Below are positions 35,080 to 42,903 of a DNA stretch of 61,337 nt, in pieces. The notes beneath the pieces are model-generated. The model did not search any database. It saw only the letters and a list, made by a program, of their open reading frames with translations, and had not been told where the DNA came from. Position numbers and translations under genes: made by a program. The stretch spans positions 1-61,337 of the forward strand of contig JALOSQ010000004.1 in the NCBI GenBank assembly GCA_025458335.1. Reading direction: 5' to 3'. Within the stretch, counting starts at the first letter, position 1; each line of letters begins with the position of its first letter. The DNA comes from Ideonella sp. GTDB taxonomy: Bacteria > Pseudomonadota > Gammaproteobacteria > Burkholderiales > Burkholderiaceae_C.

Positions 35080-35529
35080 TCAGGACCTCGCGCGGCGCTT
35101 GAGCCAGCGCATCAGCGCCCCGACGGCCGGCAGCTTCTCGTAGAGCTCCTCGGCGACGTCCCAGTAGTCGCGATGCATGGCGATGCGGCCCGTCGCATCG
35201 AGCCGCAGGTGCGAGGCGCCGCGCACCGCCTGCAACTCGGGCGTGAACCGCTTGAAGCGGAACACGAAGTCCCAGGTCAGGAAACACTGGTCACCCTCGG
35301 TCACGGCCTCGTGCACCACGAAGCGCGGCTCGTCGAGCGCGCGGTACATGTGCTCGAACACCTCGCGGATCGCGGGCACGCCCGTGACCTCGTTGAAGGG
35401 ATCCTTGAATCGGGCGTCGTCCGCATAGACCTCGCCGAGCCGCTGCAGCGCCGCAGGCGACAGCGACTCGAAGTAGTCGACGATCCGCGCCACGCGCGCA
35501 TCTGCCGGGGCCGGCCGCGGCGCGCTCAC
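35080..35529 (-). CDS. nuclear transport factor 2 (SnoaL-like) family protein, last gene of the lipid-modification operon
   Basis: GTG 35529 overlaps the SDR stop (GTGA). It is 149 aa with IVDYFESLSPAALQRLGEVYADDARFKDPFNEV...HRDYWD. Confidence 0.75.
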   Translation of the reverse strand: MSAPRPAPADARVARIVDYFESLSPAALQRLGEVYADDARFKDPFNEVTGVPAIREVFEHMYRALDEPRFVVHEAVTEGDQCFLTWDFVFRFKRFTPELQAVRGASHLRLDATGRIAMHRDYWDVAEELYEKLPAVGALMRWLKRRARS

Positions 35530-36299
35530 AGGCCGGTGGCCCGCCGTACCGCCTTGAAGTAAAGGCCGTCGGACAGGTGCTTGAGCGTCTTCAGCCAGAC
35601 CGTGAAGCGCTTGGGGAAGTGGATTTCGAACGAGCCGGCGCCCCATCCGGCGAGGATGTCGGTGGCGGCCTGCTTTGGCGTGATCAGCGCGGGCATCCGG
35701 AACTCGTTCTGAGCGGTCAGCGGCGTCTCGACGAAGCCCGGGTTGATCAGCGACACCGCCACCCCGCGGGGCTGCAGGTCGAGGTACAGCGTCTCGGCCA
35801 GGTTGATCAGTGCCGCCTTGGTCGGACCGTAGGCCAGGCCCTGTGGCAACCCGCGGTAGCCGGCCACGCTCGACACCAGGCTCAGGTGGCCCTGTCGCTG
35901 GGCCAGCAGCGTGGGGAGCACCGCATCGAGCAGGTGCAGCGCGCCGACATAGTTCACCTGGTCGTGCCGCAGCGCGTCGTCCAGGTCGAACGCGGTCGCG
36001 CGCATCGCCTTGTAGTAGCCGGCGCAGTACATGACCAGGTCGATGCGCCCGAAACGATCGACCACCTGCCGTGCCGCACCGCGCATCGCCTCGCGGTCGG
36101 TGGCGTCGACCGCGAGGCCGACCGCACCCGGGTGACCGCGCTCGAAGTCGGCCAGGGCCTCGGCGCTTCGGGCCGAGACGATCACCTGGGCGCCACGGGC
36201 ATGCAGTGCCTCGGCCGTCGCACGGCCGATGCCGGTGGAGGCCCCGACCAGCCAGCACACGCGGCCGGTCCAGTCGGTGATCGGGGGGTTGAGCGGCAT
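35526..36299 (-). CDS. SDR family oxidoreductase
   Basis: ATG 36299 gives 257 aa with the cofactor motif LVGASTGIGRA, NYVG and the catalytic YGPTKAAL (YxxxK). Confidence 0.88.
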   Translation of the reverse strand: MPLNPPITDWTGRVCWLVGASTGIGRATAEALHARGAQVIVSARSAEALADFERGHPGAVGLAVDATDREAMRGAARQVVDRFGRIDLVMYCAGYYKAMRATAFDLDDALRHDQVNYVGALHLLDAVLPTLLAQRQGHLSLVSSVAGYRGLPQGLAYGPTKAALINLAETLYLDLQPRGVAVSLINPGFVETPLTAQNEFRMPALITPKQAATDILAGWGAGSFEIHFPKRFTVWLKTLKHLSDGLYFKAVRRATGL

Positions 36300-36324
36300 G
36301 GTGCGGCGTCCTCTGGAGGGATGC

Positions 36325-36864
36325 TTACAGCTTGGTGAACGAGAGTGTGACCTCACCCAGGCGGATGCCGAACTTGCTCATCACGGCCTTGTTGAGCATG
36401 ACGCGCTCGTCGACCAGCCACATCCAGTCGTCGAACTGCACCTCGAACACACGCTCGCCCACCGGCAGGCGCAGCGTATACGCCCAGAAGAACGCGTTGC
36501 CCGAGGTCTGGCCGCTGGCGGTTCCGACCACGTCGTCGGCGGTGCCGGTGTAGCGGCCGTCACCCTGGTAGGTCAGGCGCCAGACGCGCCGCTCGGTCTT
36601 TCCGTCGCTGTACAGGAAGCGCTCGTCGAGCACGCCCTGGTTGCCCTCCCACCGGCAGTCCATGTCGACGACGAAGCGGCGCGCGACCTTGCCCGCGCGG
36701 TCCGTGAAGACGCCGTGGGCAATGAGCTTGCCGTTGAAGTACTGGCGCAGGTCGAGCAGGGGCTTTTCGCCCGCGTAGTCGGCCGGCGTGGGCGAGGAGG
36801 CACAGGCACCGAGCCCGAGCGCGGCGGTCGCGGCCGCGCCGGTCAGCAGGGTACGGCGTTGCAT
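36325..36864 (-). CDS. DUF3833 family lipoprotein (lipocalin-like)
   Basis: 179 aa with the lipobox LGLGAC, then LDLRQYFNGKLIAHGVFTDRAGKVARRF...WRLTYQGDGRYTGTADDVVG. Confidence 0.75.
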   Translation of the reverse strand: MQRRTLLTGAAATAALGLGACASSPTPADYAGEKPLLDLRQYFNGKLIAHGVFTDRAGKVARRFVVDMDCRWEGNQGVLDERFLYSDGKTERRVWRLTYQGDGRYTGTADDVVGTASGQTSGNAFFWAYTLRLPVGERVFEVQFDDWMWLVDERVMLNKAVMSKFGIRLGEVTLSFTKL

Positions 36865-36937
36865 GAGGTCTTCTCCTTCGGGGACAGGGTTTCGGGTCGC
36901 GGGGCAGTCGCGGACCGGACGGCTGGGTGCGCAGCGC

Positions 36938-38218
36938 TCAGGACGCCTCCGCGGGTCGGATCCACAGGACCCACAGCAGACCGACCGCCAGGCCCTTGAG
37001 CAGGCAGGGCAGCAGGCAGTACGCCAGCGTCAGCGCGGTGAGGGCCTCGTCGCTGCGGGCACCGGGCTCGTAGCCGAACCACTGCAGAGCCGGCAGGGCC
37101 AGGCCGGCGGCAAGCGCCAGGTTCAACTTGGTCGCGAAGTTCCACCAGCCGAAGTACGCCCCCTCGGCCTGGCGTCCGTGGCCGGCCCGCTGGATCACGC
37201 CGGCCAGCATCGCGCCCGGGATGGTCAGGTCCGCGCCGAGCGCCACGCCGCTGAGCACGCACACCGCCATGTAGGGCCAGACGTCACCGGTCCCCAGCAG
37301 CGCCGCCCAGATGAAGACGGCGATGGCCAGGACCATGCCGGCGAGCCAGGCCAGCGGCAGCCCGAAACGGCGCACGGCGCGAACCCACAGCGGGATCGAC
37401 AGGGCGCCCGCGGCGAAGTACCCGGCCAGGAACATCGGCTCGTAGGCCTTGGCGTCGAGGCGGTCGGCGATGAAGAACAGCACCAGCGTCGCCGGGATCG
37501 CGCTGGCGATGCCGTTCAGCAGGTAGATCCCGAGCAGCCTGCGGAACGCGGGCGTGCGGAACGGCAGGGCCATCGACACCGGCGGTTCGTCCGTCAACGA
37601 CGGCGCGGGCGCGGGCGCGGCTCGCAACACCACGACGCCGGCAAGCAGCAGGGCGGCGAACACCACGGTGGTCACCGAAAGCCCGGCGACCGACGGCAGA
37701 ACGCTCGCCACCAGCACGCCGGCCAGCGACATCCCCTCGCGCCAGGCCACCACGCGGGCGCGCTGTGGGGCGTCGCCGCCGAGCCGCGCGCCCCAGGCCT
37801 GGTGCACCACGGTGACGGTGCTGTAGCTGAGGTAGGTGACGGCGAGCATCGCCGCGCACCAGGCCAGCAGCGCCCCGGATCCCTGGACCGGGGGGAAGAA
37901 CAAGGCCCGGAAGCCCAGCGCCAGGACAACGGCGGCCAGGACCGTGATGGTCCACGCCCGCAGGGCGCCACGGCCGAGCAGCGCATCGGCCCACCGGCCG
38001 ATCAGCGGGTCGGCGAACGCATCGAGCAGTCGCGCTCCGAGCAGGACCAGCCCCAGCGCCGCCAGCGGAACGCCGAACGCCTGCGCATAGTGGTTGGGCA
38101 GGATGACGTACAGCGGCAGCGCGACGAACGCCAGCGGCAGCCCGAGCGCGCCATATCGCAGGCCGCCGAGCGGTCGGTCGTCGGGCCACGCACCGGCCCA
38201 GGCCGCGCTCACGGCCAC
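36938..38218 (-). CDS. MFS transporter (glycoside-pentoside-hexuronide-like)
   Basis: 426 aa with about 12 TM helices, LRYGALGLPLAFVALPLYVILPNHY...DAFADPLIGRWAD. Confidence 0.8.
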   Translation of the reverse strand: MAVSAAWAGAWPDDRPLGGLRYGALGLPLAFVALPLYVILPNHYAQAFGVPLAALGLVLLGARLLDAFADPLIGRWADALLGRGALRAWTITVLAAVVLALGFRALFFPPVQGSGALLAWCAAMLAVTYLSYSTVTVVHQAWGARLGGDAPQRARVVAWREGMSLAGVLVASVLPSVAGLSVTTVVFAALLLAGVVVLRAAPAPAPSLTDEPPVSMALPFRTPAFRRLLGIYLLNGIASAIPATLVLFFIADRLDAKAYEPMFLAGYFAAGALSIPLWVRAVRRFGLPLAWLAGMVLAIAVFIWAALLGTGDVWPYMAVCVLSGVALGADLTIPGAMLAGVIQRAGHGRQAEGAYFGWWNFATKLNLALAAGLALPALQWFGYEPGARSDEALTALTLAYCLLPCLLKGLAVGLLWVLWIRPAEAS

Positions 38219-38243
38219 GCCCGTGCCGACGCCGTGGCGTCGC

Positions 38244-38828
38244 TCACGAACTGACGCCGAGCAGCGACTGGCGCAGGCCCGGCTCCGAGGTGGTGGGGCT
38301 CAGCCAGATGCCGAAGAAGCGCCGGGCGAACTCGGGGTCGGCGATCTCGCCGCGCAGGTTCGCGTTCACGAAGAAGCGCGCGGCCGCGCCCGGCCGGTGC
38401 ACGCCGGTGATGCGGTCCCCGGCCGTGACGTCGGGGAACACGCCGCGCATCGCCTCGAGCCAACGGGCGCCCTGCTCGGGGCTGATCCCGGGCACGCGCT
38501 GCATCTCCTCGAGCGAGCGCTCGGCGATCAACCGGCCCACCAGGCGCCGGGCATAGACGAGCTCCAGCGCGAGCGGGGCGGCACCGTACGCGGTTGGCTC
38601 GAACCCGTCGGCCACCCACAGGCGCGCGTCGTACACCGACAGGCCCAGGAAGCGCAGGCGTCCCTGCCCCCGCAGCAGTGCGCCGGGCAGCTCGGACTCG
38701 ATCTCGCGCGGTCGGGCGACGGTGGCCGGTGCATTGGCGAGCGACGGCAGGCTCGCCGCCGCGAGCGGCAGGGCGGCCAGCGCGGCCAGGGCGCGGCGAC
38801 GCTCGCGCAGGGTCGGGACGTGGGGCAT
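38244..38828 (-). CDS. chalcone isomerase-like family protein (secreted/periplasmic)
   Basis: ATG 38828 in the frame of track ORF 38244..40250 gives 194 aa. It has a signal peptide and then RLRFLGLSVYDARLWV...LALELVYARRL...FFGIWLS. Confidence 0.7.
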   Translation of the reverse strand: MPHVPTLRERRRALAALAALPLAAASLPSLANAPATVARPREIESELPGALLRGQGRLRFLGLSVYDARLWVADGFEPTAYGAAPLALELVYARRLVGRLIAERSLEEMQRVPGISPEQGARWLEAMRGVFPDVTAGDRITGVHRPGAAARFFVNANLRGEIADPEFARRFFGIWLSPTTSEPGLRQSLLGVSS

Positions 38829-38899
38829 GAGGGGCTCCAGCGGAAGGATCGAAGTCGCGACGGGTGGCCGGCGGGACGGGTCGACGCGGGCCGGCGGGT

Positions 38900-40153
38900 T
38901 CAGGCGGCGTGCGAACCGCCCGCCCGGTGGCGCAGCGTGAACTGCACGACATCGGTGCTGCCGGTCTCGAACGCGGCCTCGCAGTACGCGAGGTAGAACT
39001 CCCAGATCCGCACGAAGCGGGTGTCGAAGCCGAGCCCGCGCACCGCCGCCTCCTCGCGCAGGAACGCGTGGCGCCAGCGCTTGAGCGTCTCGGCGTAGTC
39101 GGGGCCGAAGGCGAACTCGTTGACCACCTCCAGGCCCGAGGCTTCGGCGGCCGCGCGGAAGCGCGAGGGGCTGGGAAGCAGCCCGCCCGGAAAGATGTAC
39201 TGCTGGATGAAGTCGGTCGAGCGGACATAGCGCTCGAACAGGTCGTCGCGGATCGTGATCGACTGGATGCACGCCGTGCCACCGGGCTTGAGCACCGCGG
39301 CGATCGTCTGGAAGAACGAGGGCCAGTACTCGCGGCCGACCGCCTCGAACATCTCGATCGAGGCGATCGCGTCGAATCGCTCGCCGCTCGACGCGAGGTC
39401 GCGGTAGTCCTGCAGGCGCAGGTCGGCCTGATCGGCGAGCCCGGCGCCGTCCATGCGCTGCCGCGCGTAGTCCAGCTGCTCGGTGGACAGGGTCACGCCC
39501 GTCGTGTGCGCGCCGAACTCGCGCCCCGCGAGCTCGGCCAGGCCGCCCCAGCCACAGCCGATCTCCAGCACCCGGTGTCCCGGGCGGACGTCGCACTCGA
39601 GCAGGGCGCGTCGGACCTTGGCCCACTGCGCCTGCGCGAGCGGCCGGCGCCGGTCGCCCTCGAACCAGGCGCTCGAGTACGACATGGTCGGGTCGAGCCA
39701 CAGGCGGTAGAAGTCGTTGCCGAGGTCGTAGTGCGCCTGGATGTTCTTGCGGCTGCCGCGACGCGAGTTCCGGTTCAGCAGGTGCTTGACGCGGTAGAGC
39801 AGCGAGCCCCACCAGGACCCGTAGACGACGGCCTCCACGTCTTCGCGGTTGCGCAGGAAGAACGTCAGCAGCGCCGTCAGGTCGGGCGTGGTCCAGTCGC
39901 CATCGAAGAAGCTCTCGGCGAACCCGATGTCGCCCGACTTGAGGGCCGCGCTGCACACGTTCCAGTTGAGCAACCGGATGGCGGCCCGCGGCTCGGCGCC
40001 CGGCGTGCCGAAGTGCATCGACTCGCCGCTGGGCAGCTGCACGTCGAGCGAGCCGTTGCGCACGCGGCGCAGGAGCGAGATCACGGCGCGCGCGGGTGCG
40101 GGTGCACCGGCGGGCAGGGTGAATCCGGTGGCCGAAGCGGTCTGGTGGGTCAT
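38900..40153 (-). CDS. cyclopropane-fatty-acyl-phospholipid synthase family SAM-dependent methyltransferase
   Basis: ATG 40153 gives 417 aa with HYDLGNDFYRLWLDPTMSYSSAWF, the SAM motif VLEIGCGWGGLA, and IEMFEAVG. Confidence 0.9.
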   Translation of the reverse strand: MTHQTASATGFTLPAGAPAPARAVISLLRRVRNGSLDVQLPSGESMHFGTPGAEPRAAIRLLNWNVCSAALKSGDIGFAESFFDGDWTTPDLTALLTFFLRNREDVEAVVYGSWWGSLLYRVKHLLNRNSRRGSRKNIQAHYDLGNDFYRLWLDPTMSYSSAWFEGDRRRPLAQAQWAKVRRALLECDVRPGHRVLEIGCGWGGLAELAGREFGAHTTGVTLSTEQLDYARQRMDGAGLADQADLRLQDYRDLASSGERFDAIASIEMFEAVGREYWPSFFQTIAAVLKPGGTACIQSITIRDDLFERYVRSTDFIQQYIFPGGLLPSPSRFRAAAEASGLEVVNEFAFGPDYAETLKRWRHAFLREEAAVRGLGFDTRFVRIWEFYLAYCEAAFETGSTDVVQFTLRHRAGGSHAA

Positions 40154-40155
40154 GT

Positions 40156-40983
40156 TCAGCGCGTGACGAAGGAAGCGGGGGGCTCGGGCTTGCGGTGGAA
40201 GGGGACCTTGCGCCACCACAGCTGCAGAGCTTGCCAATGGATGCGGGCAATGACCCCCAGGGTCATCAACGGCATGCGGGCGGCCAGCGAACGCAGGTTC
40301 CGTGCCGTGGCCGGGCGGAGCTCGCCACTCACGCTGGTCGTGAGCAGCGGCCCCTCGGCATCGTCGTGCTCGATCCGGACGACCGTTCGACCGACAGTCT
40401 CGCGGTCCGACGCCGGCGCAAGGCGAGCCAGGTCGGTGCGCAGGAAGCGGAAGCGGTAGTCGCCCTCGACATCGCAGAACGGCGACACGTGGAACACCTT
40501 GCGGGCGCGGCACTCCACGCCGAAGCGAAGGTCCGGCCCCTGCAACAGGTAGCAGTGGCGCTCGCCGAAGGTGTTGTTCACTTCGGCGACGATGGCGGCC
40601 AGGCTGCCGTCGCGCCGATGCGCGTACCAGAAGCTCACCGGCTTGAACGCATAGCCGAGCACGCGCGGGTAGCAGTGAAGCCATACCTCGCCGTCGGCAT
40701 CGGTCACGCCTTCGGCGGCGAGCATCGCTTCGAGCCAGGCGAGGCTGTCGCTGCGGCCGTCGCCGTGGTCGGCGTCATGAAAGGCGATCAGCGCCCGGCG
40801 GTTGCGGGCCAGCGCGCCGCCGGCATCCGGGTCGTCGCGCCAGCGGCGCATCGGCAGCAGCACGAAGAACGTCGGATAGGCGAACCCGTGTCGCGCAGGC
40901 CGCAGGCGCTGGTGGCGCACCTCGCCCTGCCCGATCAGGGCCTGCACGGCCGGCGCGTCGACGGTGGGGGGCGCCTGCGTCAT
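40156..40983 (-). CDS. DUF1365 domain-containing protein
   Basis: ATG 40983 overlaps the upstream stop (ATGA). It is 275 aa with GEVRHQRLRPARHGFAYPTFFVLLPM...FHDADHGDG...YPRVLGYAFKPVSFWY. Confidence 0.8.
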   Translation of the reverse strand: MTQAPPTVDAPAVQALIGQGEVRHQRLRPARHGFAYPTFFVLLPMRRWRDDPDAGGALARNRRALIAFHDADHGDGRSDSLAWLEAMLAAEGVTDADGEVWLHCYPRVLGYAFKPVSFWYAHRRDGSLAAIVAEVNNTFGERHCYLLQGPDLRFGVECRARKVFHVSPFCDVEGDYRFRFLRTDLARLAPASDRETVGRTVVRIEHDDAEGPLLTTSVSGELRPATARNLRSLAARMPLMTLGVIARIHWQALQLWWRKVPFHRKPEPPASFVTR

Positions 40984-42290
40984 GCCGTGAGGGCCTCGGC
41001 GGCCCGCGACGAGGGACGCCCGGCGTCGCGATCCTGCATGGCACGCACCACCGTCAGGGCCGACAGCAGTCCGTCCTCGTGGAAGCCGAAGCGCGTCCAG
41101 GCCCCACAGAACCACGTGCCGCGCCCACCCTGCAGCGCGGGCAACCGGCGCTGCGCGTCGATCGCGGCCAGGTCGAACACCGGGTGCTCGTAGTCGTACT
41201 CGCCGATCACGGACTCGGGCCGTGGCTCCCGGACCGGGTTGAGCGAGACGATCACGTCCGTGCGGAAGGGCAGCGGCTGCAGCTTGTTGATCCAGTAGTG
41301 CAGGCACACCCCCGAACGCTCCGCATCGTGGCGGGCGGCGCGCTCGTAGTTCCAGGCGGCCCACGCCAGACGACGGCGCGGCATCAGCGCGGTGTCGGTG
41401 TGCAGCACCGCGCGGTTGCGGTGGTAGCCGATCGCACCGAGCACTGCGCGCTCGTCGGGGGTGGCATCGGCCAGCAGCGCCAGCGACTGGTCGCTGTGGC
41501 AGGCCATCACGACGTCATCGAAGCGCTCCGTGCCGGCATCGGTCTCCACGGCGATCGGACCCGCGCCATCGTCCAGGCGCCTGACCGAGCGCACCGGCGT
41601 GCGCAGTCGGGCATCGGCAATCGACTCGAGCAGGCGCACGACGTAGTGGCGGGCGCCGCCCTTGACCGTCCACCACTGCGGCCGGTCGTTGACCTGCAGC
41701 AGCCCGTGGTTGTGACAGAAGCGGATCAGGGTCGAGATCGGGAAATCCAGCATCTGCGAGGTCGGGCAGGACCAGATGCAGGCGATCATCGGCAACAGGT
41801 AGCCGTCGCGGAACGCGCTTCCGAAGCGCTCGCGCTCGAGGAAGGCGCCGATCGGCATCCGCAGACGCTCCTCGTCACTGGCTCGGGCGATCTCCGTCGT
41901 GACACGGTTGAATCGCAGCAGGTCGGACAGCAGGCCCCAGAACGACGGCCGCAGCAGGTTCGAGCGCTGCGCGAACACCGTGTTGAGGCTCGAGCCGCTC
42001 CACTCGAAGTCATCCTGCGGCACCTGCACCGAGAACGACATGTCCGAGCGGGCGCGCTCGACACCGAGTTCGCCGAACAACCGGATGAGGTTCGGGTAGG
42101 TGCGCTCGTTGAAGACCAGGAACCCGGTGTCGACACCATGCGTGACGCCATCGAGCGTGACGTCCACCGTGTTCGTGTGTCCGCCGAAGTACTCGCCGGC
42201 CTCGAACAGCGTGACCCGATGCCGGGCGGACAAGGCGTGCGCGGCCGCCAGGCCGCTGATGCCGGATCCGATGACCGCGATGCGCCTCAT
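40980..42290 (-). CDS. NAD(P)/FAD-dependent oxidoreductase (amine-oxidase / phytoene-desaturase-like), first gene of the operon
   Basis: 436 aa with the dinucleotide fold IAVIGSGISGLAAAHAL and FEAGEYFGGHTNT. GAGG lies 6 nt upstream of the ATG. Confidence 0.88.
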   Translation of the reverse strand: MRRIAVIGSGISGLAAAHALSARHRVTLFEAGEYFGGHTNTVDVTLDGVTHGVDTGFLVFNERTYPNLIRLFGELGVERARSDMSFSVQVPQDDFEWSGSSLNTVFAQRSNLLRPSFWGLLSDLLRFNRVTTEIARASDEERLRMPIGAFLERERFGSAFRDGYLLPMIACIWSCPTSQMLDFPISTLIRFCHNHGLLQVNDRPQWWTVKGGARHYVVRLLESIADARLRTPVRSVRRLDDGAGPIAVETDAGTERFDDVVMACHSDQSLALLADATPDERAVLGAIGYHRNRAVLHTDTALMPRRRLAWAAWNYERAARHDAERSGVCLHYWINKLQPLPFRTDVIVSLNPVREPRPESVIGEYDYEHPVFDLAAIDAQRRLPALQGGRGTWFCGAWTRFGFHEDGLLSALTVVRAMQDRDAGRPSSRAAEALTA

Positions 42291-42393
42291 CGCGGCCTCA
42301 GACCGTCACCGACCTGCGAGCGGCGCGCAGGCCGCCCAGCGAAGCCCGACCCGCGAGGGGGAGAAGAAAAGCCGTCGCAGGGCGCCCGAGGGC

Positions 42394-42423
42394 GAAGGAG
42401 GGAGGGAGGGAGGAGGAGGAGAA
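42394..42423. repeat. 30-nt uninterrupted polypurine/polypyrimidine tract
   Basis: The plus strand reads GAAGGAGGGAGGGAGGGAGGAGGAGGAGAA. A second 17-nt purine tract, GAGGGGGAGAAGAAAAG, lies at 42355-42371. Both lie in the untranslated region upstream of the 40980..42290 gene. Confidence 0.9.
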
Positions 42424-42652
42424 CCACCCCCGGATTGCATCCGGCGTCGCCGGAAGTCCCTGCAACGAAAAACCGTTCGGCCTGCATCCGGAGCGCCGCG
42501 ATCCTGAGACGCCGCGCCGGCCACACCGTATGCCTCCATGGATCGCGGTGGTCGAGCGAAGTTCCGTCGGCCGGCACTCGAGGAGCGCTGGCGCGCTGCC
42601 GACGCGGGTGACAGGAGGCTGACTCATGAACAAGACTATATCGTTCATTGCG

Positions 42653-42666
42653 ATACTGATCAGTAT
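42653..42666. promoter_or_regulatory. candidate operator: perfect 14-bp palindrome in the divergent control region
   Basis: ATACTGATCAGTAT is a perfect palindrome. Its centre, TGATCA, lies 16 nt from a minus-strand TATAGT (plus coordinates 42635-42640), so it overlaps a plausible -35 for the minus-strand operon. Confidence 0.4.
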
Positions 42667-42903
42667 ACAGCGAACTGCAGAACCCCGGAAACCCGCTGAA
42701 TCGGAAGGCGAGACCGCGCGCTGGCCATGGTCAAGTGTCCACGAGGTCTGACGGCCAGGGAATCATCCAAGACACGCGACTGTCACGGACAGTTGACTGA
42801 GCATCCCTGACTTGATTGCGTCCTAGGCAAACTTGGCTCGGCACCCTATAGTAGGCATGCGAAGCCTCATGAACAAGCTTTTGTCTAAGACAGAAATAGG
42901 TCG

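Noticed and set aside
42287-42648. Three overlapping minus-strand ORFs (42287..42577, 42298..42648, 42306..42539) upstream of the oxidoreductase gene.
   Set aside because: Third-codon positions are much less GC-biased than in the neighbouring genes. The peptides are low-complexity (poly-Pro/Ser from the CU tract). All three frames being open argues for chance. I treat the region as a 5-prime leader instead.
42291-42903. CarH operator of the Thermus type (three tandem 11-bp direct repeats of the nAnnTnnACAn type).
   Set aside because: I could not find three ACA-containing repeats with 11-bp spacing on either strand. I therefore report the elements that are actually present (12-mer repeat, inverted repeat, palindrome) rather than forcing the known operator model.
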